Positions 23,953 through 24,804 of a stretch of DNA of 24,804 bases are shown piece after piece; the stretch's first letter is position 1, and every line of letters starts with the position of its first letter. The DNA is taken from IMG/VR virus record IMGVR_UViG_3300049489_001507, positions 1-24,804 of that record; one strand, written 5' to 3'. This DNA is from a virus (taxonomy: Duplodnaviria > Caudoviricetes). Under the pieces are notes generated by a model. The model saw only the letters and a program-made list of their open reading frames with translations, had not been told where the DNA came from and made no database searches. Made by a program: the position numbers and the translations under genes.

Positions 23953-24293
23953 TGAACGAATTCATCTATGACATCGATGGCCAGAGCGTGAAGCTGGCAA
24001 CCTTGGCAACACCGAAACGGATAACGGCATTCTGTGCGGTATTTGGAAAAACAAAACTTTCCGAGCTGATCATGCCCGCGAACCAATCCGTGAATGATGC
24101 CGCCAAAGGGATGAGCGTGCTGATGCTCGATGCGATCGGTGATGCAGCGATGGCTCAGAAGATCCTTAACGCTTGCACAGAGCGGGAGTTCACCGTGGAA
24201 GAAGCGTCGGAAGTGGACAGCGAGCTCATTGGAAAGATTGCTACCGATTTTTTTTTGTTATTGATCGTGAAGTACTTCAGGCAGCAGCGGTAA
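23952..24293 (+). CDS. Tail assembly chaperone (gpG-like)
   Basis: 113 aa, before tape measure, ends just after slippery ATDFFL. Confidence 0.8.
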   Translation: MNEFIYDIDGQSVKLATLATPKRITAFCAVFGKTKLSELIMPANQSVNDAAKGMSVLMLDAIGDAAMAQKILNACTEREFTVEEASEVDSELIGKIATDFFLLLIVKYFRQQR

Positions 24294-24580
24294 TCCATTC
24301 CTATTCTTCATCCACCCAGGATGAACCAACAGATTCACCCGGCGAGGTTGACGAAGACTTTATCCATTATCTTCGCAACCTCGTTTTGTTTTGTTCCGGC
24401 CGAAATGCGCTTCAGTGGAAAGAGATATGGACCACCTGGCGGTACAGTGAGGTCGTGGAATTCGTGATTAATAGGAACCGGCAGATCCAGAAGGACCTCG
24501 AAGACATCGAAGGAGCTGACATTGAATATGCCGAACAGCTGACAACCACAGTGCTTCTCAAAATACTTCAGAAAATATGA
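24248..24580 (+). CDS. -1 frameshift extension of tail chaperone (gpGT-like)
   Basis: T9 run at 24248-24256 phased T-TTT-TTT; the -1 frame is open to 24580 with no good start of its own. Confidence 0.8.
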   Translation, partial: FFFVIDREVLQAAAVIHSYSSSTQDEPTDSPGEVDEDFIHYLRNLVLFCSGRNALQWKEIWTTWRYSEVVEFVINRNRQIQKDLEDIEGADIEYAEQLTTTVLLKILQKI

Positions 24581-24804
24581 ATACAGTCGAAATCAAATTG
24601 GTCATCAATGGCAAAGAAGCGATCGCAACGCTTCAGCTCACCGATGAGAATGTGCAGAAGATGGCGAACCATCTCAACGAACTCGGCCAAAAGGGAGCGA
24701 ACAGTGTTGAACTGATCCGTCAGCGGTATGCAGCATTGGCGGCCATGATGGAGAATGTCCCGCTCGGATCCAAGGAGTTCGAGGAACTCTCGATAATGAC
24801 GGCC
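24577..24804 (+). CDS. Tape measure protein, N-terminal part (runs off the window)
   Basis: ATGA overlap; my translation MNTVEIKLVINGKEAIATLQLTDENVQKMANHLNELGQKG...PLGSKEFEELS, open to the window end. Confidence 0.75.
   Translation, partial: MNTVEIKLVINGKEAIATLQLTDENVQKMANHLNELGQKGANSVELIRQRYAALAAMMENVPLGSKEFEELSIMTA

Larger units (their letters stand above)
1..24804. mobile_element. Mu-like transposable prophage (partial; ends not identified in window)
   Basis: Repressor/Ner switch, MuA-like DDE transposase, MuB-like ATPase, GemA-like, Gam, MuF, DUF935-type portal, gpG/gp36/gp37-like, capsid and tail genes occur together. Confidence 0.96.

Noticed and set aside
24173-24247. Independent start for the 135-aa ORF
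   Set aside because: Non-ATG start inside the chaperone gene; better explained by -1 frameshifting
1-24804. Mu-type TG...CA ends, mom, gin and tail sheath genes
   Set aside because: Not recognised in this window; both window edges fall within phage genes

Overview
The window is the left and central part of a Mu-like transposable (pro)phage, probably with a non-contractile tail since no sheath gene is visible. A host in the Bacteroidota/Ignavibacteria (FCB) group is inferred from TAnnTTTG-type promoter boxes and an A-x-S|Q signal peptide. Left to right: repressor and Ner/Cro-like switch with two 17-bp operators; MuA-type DDE transposase, CII-like gene and MuB-type ATPase; GemA-like, Gam and other early genes; an AT-rich antisense three-gene moron; a displaced MuF head protein fused to an HExxH metallopeptidase, followed by a small candidate immunity gene and an XRE gene; an AT-rich island (DUF3467-like, HicB-like, HicA-like, AbiJ/HEPN-like); a minus-strand packaging/neck block (gp36, gp37, terS, terL, portal, gpG) diverging from a plus-strand block (scaffold without protease, major capsid, secreted protein, lysis genes, two paralogous tail-tube genes with the second fused to LamG, frameshifted tail chaperones, start of tape measure). 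All family calls are from motif recognition by eye, not database searches. No prophage ends, tRNAs or CRISPR arrays were recognised.
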